Below, piece after piece: positions 8,925 to 16,762 of a DNA stretch of 64,000 nucleotides; the stretch's first letter is position 1; each line of letters begins with the position of its first letter. This DNA is from a virus (taxonomy: Duplodnaviria > Caudoviricetes). Where the stretch lies: positions 192,001-256,000 of the IMG/VR virus record IMGVR_UViG_3300037484_000435. One strand, 5' to 3'. The notes under the pieces are model-generated. The model saw only the letters and a list, made by a program, of their open reading frames with translations. It made no database searches and was not told the origin of the DNA. Made by a program: the position numbers and the translations under genes.

Positions 8925-9260
8925 TTAAGCATTTGCTGCCTTATCCCGATCAAAACACGCTTGCTCCAGAGTGTGCACCACATAGGAATACGCCATAAAA
9001 AATAATTCGGTGGGCGTAAATTTTTTGTGATATTTTAATGTATAGTCCCTAGTGGCTGAAAACAAACCATCAATCTTACCATTAACTACTAATTTCTCTC
9101 CCAGAACTACTCTTAACTTTATTACGGTGTCCCCATAAGTTCTATAAATCCCGTCAGCAGTAAAAACCGCCTGTGTGCCCGCTGGGGTTTGAAACTCTAT
9201 GTCCTCCAACTCCAATCTTTCCATTGCGTCAATAATTGCTTTCTGTTCTTGTGTAACCAT
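8925..9260 (-). CDS. Hypothetical protein
   Basis: 111-aa ORF with SD. Confidence 0.6.
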   Translation of the reverse strand: MVTQEQKAIIDAMERLELEDIEFQTPAGTQAVFTADGIYRTYGDTVIKLRVVLGEKLVVNGKIDGLFSATRDYTLKYHKKFTPTELFFMAYSYVVHTLEQACFDRDKAANA

Positions 9261-9272
9261 ATCCTTTCCCCT

Positions 9273-9986
9273 TTATTTCAATTTAATCACGGCAAAACCG
9301 TTACATTGATTGTTAAATACAGTGAATGCGTAGTCTACCTCATCGTCGTTTTTATCACAAAAAGATAAGATAGCTCGGAGAACTCCATAATCCCTAACAG
9401 GTCTCCACACCCCACCATACTCTTTACCAGCTACCGCTTCATCGAATTGGGGAGCGGCGTCATCCAAAACTATATACCCTCCCTGCCTCACATTGTTACG
9501 CCAGTACCCAGTCAACAAGGAATTCGTGGGCTCGAAGTAATGGGGGTCTACATCTATGTAAAGTAAATCCAAATCTTTCTCAGCATCTCCGTTCCACTTA
9601 TAGCCTTCCTCCCCAGTCATCTCATGATAATACCAATACTTCTTAAACTCTCCTTTAACAAATGTTTCTGGCAAAAGAACTGGGTCGTAACTATATACAC
9701 GCCCACCTCGTTTTGAAACCACACGGGTAAACGCGTCGCCACTCCTCCCTTCGCGGATTCCACATTCCAAAATGGTTTTGGCCCCAGTATAATATGCTAT
9801 ATCATAAAGTGGCTTCCTGTATTTAAAGAATATATCAGTGTCAACTTCTTCCATACTGTCCAATAACCTATCACTCTTTTCGTAAGGAGCATACAGGTAG
9901 TCGATAAAATTTTTCACATCTTTGTGGTCTTTGTGAATGTAAAAATCCTGACCTACCAAATCATTTATACGTTTAGTCCAATCCAT
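9273..9986 (-). CDS. Class I SAM-dependent methyltransferase (Methyltransf_24-like)
   Basis: Start MDWTKR (TAATG overlap); TILECGIREGRS, DLLYIDVD, RQGGYIVLDD. Confidence 0.8.
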   Translation of the reverse strand: MDWTKRINDLVGQDFYIHKDHKDVKNFIDYLYAPYEKSDRLLDSMEEVDTDIFFKYRKPLYDIAYYTGAKTILECGIREGRSGDAFTRVVSKRGGRVYSYDPVLLPETFVKGEFKKYWYYHEMTGEEGYKWNGDAEKDLDLLYIDVDPHYFEPTNSLLTGYWRNNVRQGGYIVLDDAAPQFDEAVAGKEYGGVWRPVRDYGVLRAILSFCDKNDDEVDYAFTVFNNQCNGFAVIKLK

Positions 9987-10687
9987 TATTTCTCCTTCTG
10001 CAGCATAAAGCAATTCTCTTCGGGAGAATGCCTAGCCAATTGTAGTATAGGAGCAAACCCTAAGTCCTTAAAGCCGTACTCTTCAAATTTGCAGACCCAC
10101 CATTCTCTGGACCTACATAAAGTATGATAACCCTCGTTATCCTTATCCGTAAACTCAATGGTGCCCATAAAACAGCCACCATGCTTAAGGTGTCTATATA
10201 TATTTTCCATTACTATATCTATAGATTCTGCAGTCATATGTTCCATGACGTCCCACGCTGTTACCAAATCAACCTTAAGTATCCCAAGAGTTATATCATT
10301 TTCAGTTACAACGGGGGTTCCCTTTAATTTCTCATGGTAAAGCTGGTTACCAAAATAATAGGGACGTTCTAAAACAAAACGCTGCCTGAGGTCTGCGTGA
10401 AAGAGTCTCTGGTCAATGTAAGACACCCACGGGGGTTTTCCATTAACTTTATCTGTTCCTTCTATTCCGTATACATCAAACCCGCACTTCACTCCATTAC
10501 TCACAAACCACCCCGAACCAGTCCCCAAGTCCAATACGGTTTTGATGCTGGGATAGGCTCCCTTCAAGCGAGTAAAGAACTCAATCCCCTCATGTCCTTG
10601 TTGGTCTAAAGCACCACGGGGTTCTAAGTGATCGACTGAGTCTAAAGCGATAGGATATTTAGTTGTTATTATTACCGTGGTTCCCAC
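9986..10687 (-). CDS. Class I SAM-dependent methyltransferase
   Basis: GTG start; TVLDLGTGSGWF, DLVTAWDVMEHM, LKHGG. Confidence 0.88.
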   Translation of the reverse strand: MGTTVIITTKYPIALDSVDHLEPRGALDQQGHEGIEFFTRLKGAYPSIKTVLDLGTGSGWFVSNGVKCGFDVYGIEGTDKVNGKPPWVSYIDQRLFHADLRQRFVLERPYYFGNQLYHEKLKGTPVVTENDITLGILKVDLVTAWDVMEHMTAESIDIVMENIYRHLKHGGCFMGTIEFTDKDNEGYHTLCRSREWWVCKFEEYGFKDLGFAPILQLARHSPEENCFMLQKEK

Positions 10688-10971
10688 TACTTATCTAAGG
10701 CCTCGTCAATATACGCCCGTAAGAGCATATCATCCCCTTTCGTTAGAAAAGCAACAGTAAAAGGAGCGTGTGCATACCACCTTCTAATGAAGTCACCACT
10801 TGGACCTTCTGGTATAACTGATTCCAAGTTGTCAAAAATAGGAATATTGCCTTTACCAACACCCTCAAACTCCTCGGTGGACCATATGGTATGTATCTCG
10901 GCCAACAATTCTCCAATTCTCTTGAGTTTCTTAATTCGTTCGTCTGTTAATTCAAAAATTTCTGTGTTCAT
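10687..10971 (-). CDS. Hypothetical protein
   Basis: 94-aa ORF coupled at both ends. Confidence 0.6.
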   Translation of the reverse strand: MNTEIFELTDERIKKLKRIGELLAEIHTIWSTEEFEGVGKGNIPIFDNLESVIPEGPSGDFIRRWYAHAPFTVAFLTKGDDMLLRAYIDEALDK

Positions 10972-11906
10972 TTATTCTGTCCTCCTACAGAACCATCTAA
11001 ATAAGGTTTTGCAATTTGATATTTTCGATCCATTTTTATCGTTGCATCTTGGTAGATATACTCCGCAAACCTTGCCCCGGTTTTTCCCCCATAGGAAATC
11101 ACAAAGGAATTTCTCGTAGGTCTAACACTACAGTTATTATGATATATCTTTTTAAATTCGTTATTTACAAAAGTTATCATCTTCTTGCTTCCAACAATAC
11201 TACAATGTAAATAACCTTTACTATCTATGTAAGCACAACCATCCCCATCAAACAACCCACGTATATAATGAGGAATTAATTCTCTAGCAATGTCCTTTGG
11301 TTGTCCAACTATATGTGTTTTTTTGGGGACAATCCCATATTTCATTAATTGTCTACAAAAGGCAACATCTCCAATAGAAAACCTAACCATACTCTTCTTC
11401 TTTCCTTCTAGTCTTAATTTAGAGGCCGGACTAATCAGATTCTTTAAATTATCTAAAAAATCATAATCTAATATGGACAACGATATTACAAAGGTATAAT
11501 TACCCTCGTATTGATTAGACTTTACCATACAACCATCCGCAGCCGAAAAACCTAAAAAGTAGGCTTTCTCCTCGGTATCAAGTAGGGAAAAATCTAGAAT
11601 AACTTTAGAATAAATACCCTTTCGTTTAATACCATGGTTCCCTGCTCCCGCAACAATTTGTTCCCAAGACCACCTAGGCAAACCTTCAAGTAAAAATTTT
11701 TTTTCGGCATCGGGGTAGTGCTTTTTCAAGAATTCTAGTTCCTCTCCAGTCCACAATTTTTGAAGTTGTCGGTCAGGATATTTAACCCACCATTCTGCCG
11801 AACTTTTTGGCACCCCTGTTAATCTTTCTATCTCAGTATAAGTTCTTCCGTCTTTTCGTAATAACAAAACCGCCACTCTTTGTTCTGCATTGTAAGTTTT
11901 TCTCAT
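10968..11906 (-). CDS. Free-standing LAGLIDADG endonuclease with N-terminal HTH and Myb-like module
   Basis: KAYFLGFSAADG and HYIRGLFDGDG; N-terminal RTYTEIERLTGVPKSS (HTH) and WTGEELEFLKKHY. Confidence 0.88.
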   Translation of the reverse strand: MRKTYNAEQRVAVLLLRKDGRTYTEIERLTGVPKSSAEWWVKYPDRQLQKLWTGEELEFLKKHYPDAEKKFLLEGLPRWSWEQIVAGAGNHGIKRKGIYSKVILDFSLLDTEEKAYFLGFSAADGCMVKSNQYEGNYTFVISLSILDYDFLDNLKNLISPASKLRLEGKKKSMVRFSIGDVAFCRQLMKYGIVPKKTHIVGQPKDIARELIPHYIRGLFDGDGCAYIDSKGYLHCSIVGSKKMITFVNNEFKKIYHNNCSVRPTRNSFVISYGGKTGARFAEYIYQDATIKMDRKYQIAKPYLDGSVGGQNK

Positions 11907-11954
11907 CTAATCCTCCTCGCTGATAGAATGTTACCCTAGCAAGTTAGTTAGATA
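11904..11954 (-). promoter_or_regulatory. Predicted mRNA hairpin sequestering SD and AUG of the 10968-11906 endonuclease
   Basis: Three stacked helices on mRNA: UAUCUAA/UUAGAUG (includes AUG), CUUGC/GCGAG, UAGGGU/AUUCUA. Confidence 0.55.
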
Positions 11955-11968
11955 ATACACCACAATAA

Positions 11969-12751
11969 TTACATATAAAGCTTTTCAAATTCCTCTACGA
12001 TACTATCGGTTCCCAAGAAGTACTTTTCCAAAAGTAGCCTAGATGACGTCCATAATTGCTGTGGTATTGGGTAGAGTGCTTCGGCTATCGAACCCGCAAT
12101 CGCGGCGGTTGTATCTGAGTCTCCACCAAGAGAGACAGCAAGTTTTATAATCTCCGTAAAATTAGAACCCTCATAGACACACCTGAAACTGGGTGGCAAA
12201 GTTCCTTGGCATGTATCCGTAAAATCAAAAGTCTTTCTTATTTCTTCCAAAGGCATGTCAACATTATACTCGAATTCCTTAGTCATCACCTCTTTAAGGT
12301 AATCCTTGTCCTTCCCTAATCTAGCATAGTAAATCAATGTTGCCACAGATACCGCCCCTTTTATACCCTCAGAGTGATTATGTGTGCATTCTGCTGATTT
12401 TTTTGCTTCTTCTTGCACTTTTTTAAGGTCATTAAAAGCCCACCCAATAGGAGAGACCCTCATTGCTGAACCATTACCATAGGAATTATACCCAAGAGAG
12501 TCAGGCCTGTATCTTGACATAAATTCGCAGAACATTTGCCCGTACCCAGCCCACGGAAATTCGTACCAGTATTTATGGTACATCTCCAAGTAAGGTTTGC
12601 CTGTTAATATAGCCTCGGCAGTTGCTATAGTTAATGCACTATCATCCGTAGGATGCGAATCCTCTGTCCACAACCTTATATCATAAACCTTCTGCTGTCC
12701 TGACCCCTCGTAGGGACTCCCTATAATATCACCTATTATTGCTCCTCGCAT
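11969..12751 (-). CDS. ADP-ribosylglycohydrolase (ARH/DraG family)
   Basis: MRGAIIGDIIGSPYE, PTDDSALT, GNGSAMRVSPI, SLGGDSDTTAAIAGSIAEA. Confidence 0.92.
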   Translation of the reverse strand: MRGAIIGDIIGSPYEGSGQQKVYDIRLWTEDSHPTDDSALTIATAEAILTGKPYLEMYHKYWYEFPWAGYGQMFCEFMSRYRPDSLGYNSYGNGSAMRVSPIGWAFNDLKKVQEEAKKSAECTHNHSEGIKGAVSVATLIYYARLGKDKDYLKEVMTKEFEYNVDMPLEEIRKTFDFTDTCQGTLPPSFRCVYEGSNFTEIIKLAVSLGGDSDTTAAIAGSIAEALYPIPQQLWTSSRLLLEKYFLGTDSIVEEFEKLYM

Positions 12752-12915
12752 GTCTCCACCTTTACACAATTAAAGTTAACCTCTAAACTATTACTGTCCC
12801 AAGGGGCAGAATAAACATACATAGTTTGTCGACAAACTTCATCTATAGAGGTCTCCAGAGAAGTAACCTTTCTCCAAAAACCTGTGTTATCATCTGTGTC
12901 ATCTGGATATCTCAT
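12736..12915 (-). CDS. Small hypothetical protein
   Basis: Start MRYPDD at ATGA overlap. Confidence 0.45.
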   Translation of the reverse strand: MRYPDDTDDNTGFWRKVTSLETSIDEVCRQTMYVYSAPWDSNSLEVNFNCVKVETCEEQ

Positions 12916-13130
12916 TGTATACACCGCTCCTCACATATGTTGTTAAGGCACTTGTTAAAGTTCAACAAAATGCCTTCCAATAATTCTAAACGTCTATCTG
13001 TTGTCTGAATTTCACCGCTCTTATACCGCAGCATATAAGCTTCTAATATACCAGTCAGTATTTTAATTTCTATCTCATCAAACTCACACTTAACACTAAA
13101 GTTAGTCTGAATAGACACACCTTTCATCAA
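12912..13130 (-). CDS. Small hypothetical protein
   Basis: 72 aa, ATGA overlap, GGGGA SD. Confidence 0.5.
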   Translation of the reverse strand: MMKGVSIQTNFSVKCEFDEIEIKILTGILEAYMLRYKSGEIQTTDRRLELLEGILLNFNKCLNNICEERCIQ

Positions 13131-13327
13131 ATCCCCCTTTTACTAAGAATAACTACTGCCTCTTTCAAGGTAGTGGTATAATCAACGAGTTCATCGATTT
13201 TAGCTTCTAGCTCCTTAATTTTTTCCGCCATAGTAACCTCACCAAGTTTCTTGGGCTGGTCTATAATGACTTTTGCTATAATCTTGCATTGTTCATCAAC
13301 GGTTTCTAATTCTCTTTCAATACCCAT
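13127..13327 (-). CDS. Small coiled-coil hypothetical protein
   Basis: 66 aa, heptad-like AEKIKELEAKIDELVDY. Confidence 0.5.
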   Translation of the reverse strand: MGIERELETVDEQCKIIAKVIIDQPKKLGEVTMAEKIKELEAKIDELVDYTTTLKEAVVILSKRGI

Positions 13328-13328
13328 T

Positions 13329-13616
13329 TTATTTTTCTCCTACCATGCTCTGCTTCGTATATGAAACAGCCAATTCAATAATAGCCATAAACGTGCTCTT
13401 CCACTCTTTCATAAATTGGTAATCATTGTATTTAATAACTAGTTCATTCAAAACCCAATCTTTCTTTTCGGTTCCTGTGTAAGACTTACCATCATCATGC
13501 TTCAATGTATTAGCTTTTGATACTGCATCGATGGTAAACTCAATAAAATCTCTAGAAACCTTAAAAAGATAGCTGACTATGAGCCAGACTATTTTCCATC
13601 CTATTGCTTGCCACAT
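13329..13616 (-). CDS. Possible holin (LL-H-like)
   Basis: Single N-terminal hydrophobic helix, then GTEKKDWV...IIELAVSY resembling the GxEK...IExAV pattern of LL-H-type holins; strong SD. Confidence 0.4.
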   Translation of the reverse strand: MWQAIGWKIVWLIVSYLFKVSRDFIEFTIDAVSKANTLKHDDGKSYTGTEKKDWVLNELVIKYNDYQFMKEWKSTFMAIIELAVSYTKQSMVGEK

Positions 13617-13661
13617 TATTTTGTATCCTCCTACAATTTAATTTTTGAGTTAAACTCTATA

Positions 13662-13853
13662 TTACCTCTCATATACCCAGTCATCCGTACTTTGCCCATC
13701 AATGGAAACTATTTCGACATCAACAAATGCTGGACCATCAAACTCGCTGTAGACTCTCTCTGATAATTTATTGTAGAAAGAGTCTCTGTTAAAACAATAT
13801 TCACAAAGCTGACGCTCATCAACTTCTAATTTTAGAATAACTGTGGGCATCAT
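13662..13853 (-). CDS. Small hypothetical protein
   Basis: 63 aa with AGGAG SD. Confidence 0.5.
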   Translation of the reverse strand: MMPTVILKLEVDERQLCEYCFNRDSFYNKLSERVYSEFDGPAFVDVEIVSIDGQSTDDWVYER

Positions 13854-13859
13854 TTCTCC

Positions 13860-14294
13860 TTAATAATATTCCTTCGGCTCTTCGCTATCGGCAAGAGGCC
13901 AACTAGCACCACGACTTCCAGCAACTATTCTTAACTGCTGTGTCGCAATCATACGTGCCCTTCGCCCAGGCATTATCATTCTCCTAGTGTGTGGTCGCGG
14001 TTCATGGTATGCGTGTGTATTAGCTTCCGCTAAGTCAAGACCTTCAATCTCTTCCAAGGGTTTACCATCAATGATATCTCGCGTTATCCGTTTGGCTTCT
14101 TCATACTCTTCCTGTGTGTAAGCATCGGGAAACGTGATTTCTCTTATGATTTCATCTTCTGTGATTATAGGTGGCTTTTCACACCCACACTGACTACACG
14201 TAGCGTTCTGTAAATTGATTCCTCGCCATGCAAACCAACCACAGTCAGGACACTCGTGTTTTAGTATTTTACTTTTTATTAGTTTCTTAGCCAT
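13860..14294 (-). CDS. Zinc-ribbon protein, paralog A
   Basis: HECPDCGW...CSQCG; clear paralogy with 14305-14745. Confidence 0.65.
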   Translation of the reverse strand: MAKKLIKSKILKHECPDCGWFAWRGINLQNATCSQCGCEKPPIITEDEIIREITFPDAYTQEEYEEAKRITRDIIDGKPLEEIEGLDLAEANTHAYHEPRPHTRRMIMPGRRARMIATQQLRIVAGSRGASWPLADSEEPKEYY

Positions 14295-14304
14295 AAGGGT
14301 CTCC

Positions 14305-14745
14305 TTAATAGTAATTGTTCTTTCCCGTATGACCTACCACCTGAGAACCAACGAGTAAACCCAGAAGACTCCAACCATATAGTCCAGTTGCACACCCTCT
14401 GATATCGTTGTAAGGCACCCTAGATATATCAGCCAATGCCCATGTGTCTCCTTCCTCAAGAGACGCGAGCATATCGGAAGCGACATTCAATCCGTCTATT
14501 TCTTCCAAAGGTTTACCGTCAATAATCTCTTGAGCGATCCGTTTGGCTCTATCGTAATCCTCTGGGGAATACGTATCGTTGATTATCATTTCCCTTATTA
14601 ACTCGTCCTCAGTTATTTTAGGTGGGTTTGTAGACTCACACTGAGAACACCTTGGACTATCCACAATAGGATAATCCCGCCAAATCTTCCAACCACAATC
14701 AACACACTCATGTTGATAAATTTTAAACTTTAATTGTTTCTTCAT
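14305..14745 (-). CDS. Zinc-ribbon protein, paralog B
   Basis: Start MKKQLKF after AAGGA SD; HECVDCGW...CSQCE. Confidence 0.65.
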   Translation of the reverse strand: MKKQLKFKIYQHECVDCGWKIWRDYPIVDSPRCSQCESTNPPKITEDELIREMIINDTYSPEDYDRAKRIAQEIIDGKPLEEIDGLNVASDMLASLEEGDTWALADISRVPYNDIRGCATGLYGWSLLGLLVGSQVVGHTGKNNYY

Positions 14746-14758
14746 CTTTTTTTCCTTT

Positions 14759-15745
14759 TTACTTCTCGTCTTTAGTATATTGGTTCTTAAAGCAACCTCT
14801 ACGAAATAGGCCATGTTTTTCCTTTCCCCTCTTATAAATCGAATTCCATGAGCGGTTAGGTAATAGATTTAGAAGGTTTTCTTTTGAACGTCTTTCAAAA
14901 TTTTTAACAAGAAGGTCATCTTCTTCCGTGGTCCAATTTACGTAGTCAGTCCTCTCTACCACCGTTCTTCGTAACCCCAAGCAGGAAGCTTTCGACATAA
15001 GGGCGCGCCAATTTCTGTGAAATCTGGTAATTAATTCCTCTCTAGAAAGAATAGGGTACATTACCATAAAATCTTCAGTCTCAACTGTTGTCCATTCAGC
15101 CACCCTATGTCTGTTGTTCTCTATATAATTTAAGAACTTATTGTATTTACGTTCTAAATAAATAGTGGCATCTTGGTAAATATAATCAAAAAACCTTATT
15201 GCTGAAGCACCACTATACTTAATAATATAATATGTTTTTTCTGACTGAATGTTGTTACGTTTAACCCCTATATCATTAAAACTTTTTTGAATGAATAACA
15301 AAAGATCACGCGACCCACTCGTTACGCCACACCTAAGCCTGCTAGAGTTAAGAGTTAGATAAACAGTGCCATCCCCATCAAAATAACCTCTAATCCAGTG
15401 ATGGACCAAATGACTTGGTAAACCCCTTGGGGGGAGAATAGTAAAAGTCTTTCGCGGATGTAATCCATGAATAAATAATTGATTATATAAAGACTTATCG
15501 TAGACAACCAATTTCACCGTGCTTTGGCTATTCGGACGAGAGATTCTCTTATACTCATAAAGTTTTCTCCCTGGAGATATTAAATCTCTGATAATCTCAA
15601 GGTGACCTCTGTCACTTAAAGCAACCTCTATTGTTAAAAATGATCCCTTTTTTGTCGCCTGCACACAACCATCCGCAGCGATAAACCCTAAGATATACGC
15701 CTTCTCCTCAGTGTCAATAGTAGAAAAATCTAATAAATTAGTCAT
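14759..15745 (-). CDS. Free-standing LAGLIDADG endonuclease with two C-terminal Myb-like modules
   Basis: KAYILGFIAADG and HWIRGYFDGDG; WTTVETEDF... and WTTEEDDLL... modules. Confidence 0.88.
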   Translation of the reverse strand: MTNLLDFSTIDTEEKAYILGFIAADGCVQATKKGSFLTIEVALSDRGHLEIIRDLISPGRKLYEYKRISRPNSQSTVKLVVYDKSLYNQLFIHGLHPRKTFTILPPRGLPSHLVHHWIRGYFDGDGTVYLTLNSSRLRCGVTSGSRDLLLFIQKSFNDIGVKRNNIQSEKTYYIIKYSGASAIRFFDYIYQDATIYLERKYNKFLNYIENNRHRVAEWTTVETEDFMVMYPILSREELITRFHRNWRALMSKASCLGLRRTVVERTDYVNWTTEEDDLLVKNFERRSKENLLNLLPNRSWNSIYKRGKEKHGLFRRGCFKNQYTKDEK

Positions 15746-15751
15746 TGATTA

Positions 15752-15782
15752 TGCCTCCGTAATTAACCTCTTTACCGAGGCA
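15752..15782 (-). promoter_or_regulatory. Predicted mRNA hairpin sequestering the GGAGG SD of the 14759-15745 endonuclease
   Basis: UGCCUCGGUAA-N9-UUACGGAGGCA: 10 of 11 pairs, SD within the 3' arm, 8 nt before AUG. Confidence 0.7.
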
Positions 15783-15795
15783 CAAAGTCAGTCAA

Positions 15796-16755
15796 TTAAA
15801 ACCTATCCAGAATATATTGGGCTAAAATGACGGATGTCATATATTTTTGACCATAATCATAACACTCTTTTTGGAGTTGTTTAGATTCTTCTGGTCTGTT
15901 TACCCAATAATCCAATTTCCCTTTTAATTCCTCCGCGTCACCCCACAATATACAATTTACCCCATCAATAAAGGAATGGTAGGGTATAATCTCACTAGAA
16001 CACCTTTGAATTACTGGAATACACCCCGCCGCATAAGACTCCGCGTGCCTAAAACATGTCCAACCAGCGCCCGCAGGACAAAATGAGAACATATACTTAC
16101 ACAACTCTTCATAGTACCTAGGGTCATGTGTATACCTTCCGTAAATCCATTTGCTCCATTTCCCGTCCCCATCATTATACTCATAAGTTCCATATCTAAC
16201 TGGTAAACCAGCGTTACGAACAGTGTCCAAGTACAGCTGGCGGTGGGCCGTAGAAAGTGTTCCCAAAAACAGCAACTCCATCCGACGCTCTTTATTTAGA
16301 TGCTGAACACAAGATTCGGTATACCTTCTTTCTATCGTATAATCAAGAGCATAAACTGGTAAACCCTTCTTAGCACATTTATCCTTGGTTGCCACATCCA
16401 AATCCCTAACAAAAAGAGTATCTCCTTTCATACTGTCCACAGGTACTGGTTTAATTGGACTGCTTGGGACATTGATGTAATCAGTAAAACGATCATGAAG
16501 ATGACAAATAATTTTTTTAGCCCCGCGCAGTGGGAGCCCCATTTTATCTGGAGATAGTGCTAACGCTATACTATTATCTGTGTCCAGCATAAACCAAATA
16601 TCAATCTTACTTGGAGAAGGGATCGGCCAAGACTCAGCGTAATTAATTGCTGGCCCATTAAGATTATATACTTTATGACCCAATTGCAAAAGGCCGTCCA
16701 CAATTCCACAAATACTCGATTCCACATAATTAGTTGAAGTAATTGCTATATTCAT
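15796..16755 (-). CDS. GT-B glycosyltransferase with exostosin(GT47)/CgeB-like C-terminal domain
   Basis: LLFLGTLST..R, YYEELCKYMFSFCPAGAGWTCFRHAESYAAGCIPV. Confidence 0.7.
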   Translation of the reverse strand: MNIAITSTNYVESSICGIVDGLLQLGHKVYNLNGPAINYAESWPIPSPSKIDIWFMLDTDNSIALALSPDKMGLPLRGAKKIICHLHDRFTDYINVPSSPIKPVPVDSMKGDTLFVRDLDVATKDKCAKKGLPVYALDYTIERRYTESCVQHLNKERRMELLFLGTLSTAHRQLYLDTVRNAGLPVRYGTYEYNDGDGKWSKWIYGRYTHDPRYYEELCKYMFSFCPAGAGWTCFRHAESYAAGCIPVIQRCSSEIIPYHSFIDGVNCILWGDAEELKGKLDYWVNRPEESKQLQKECYDYGQKYMTSVILAQYILDRF

Positions 16756-16762
16756 GCTAGCC

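Noticed and set aside
2596-15745. LAGLIDADG ORFs as group I intron or intein cargo
   Set aside because: Flanking genes look complete, gaps are too short for an intron core, and there are no Hint/intein termini
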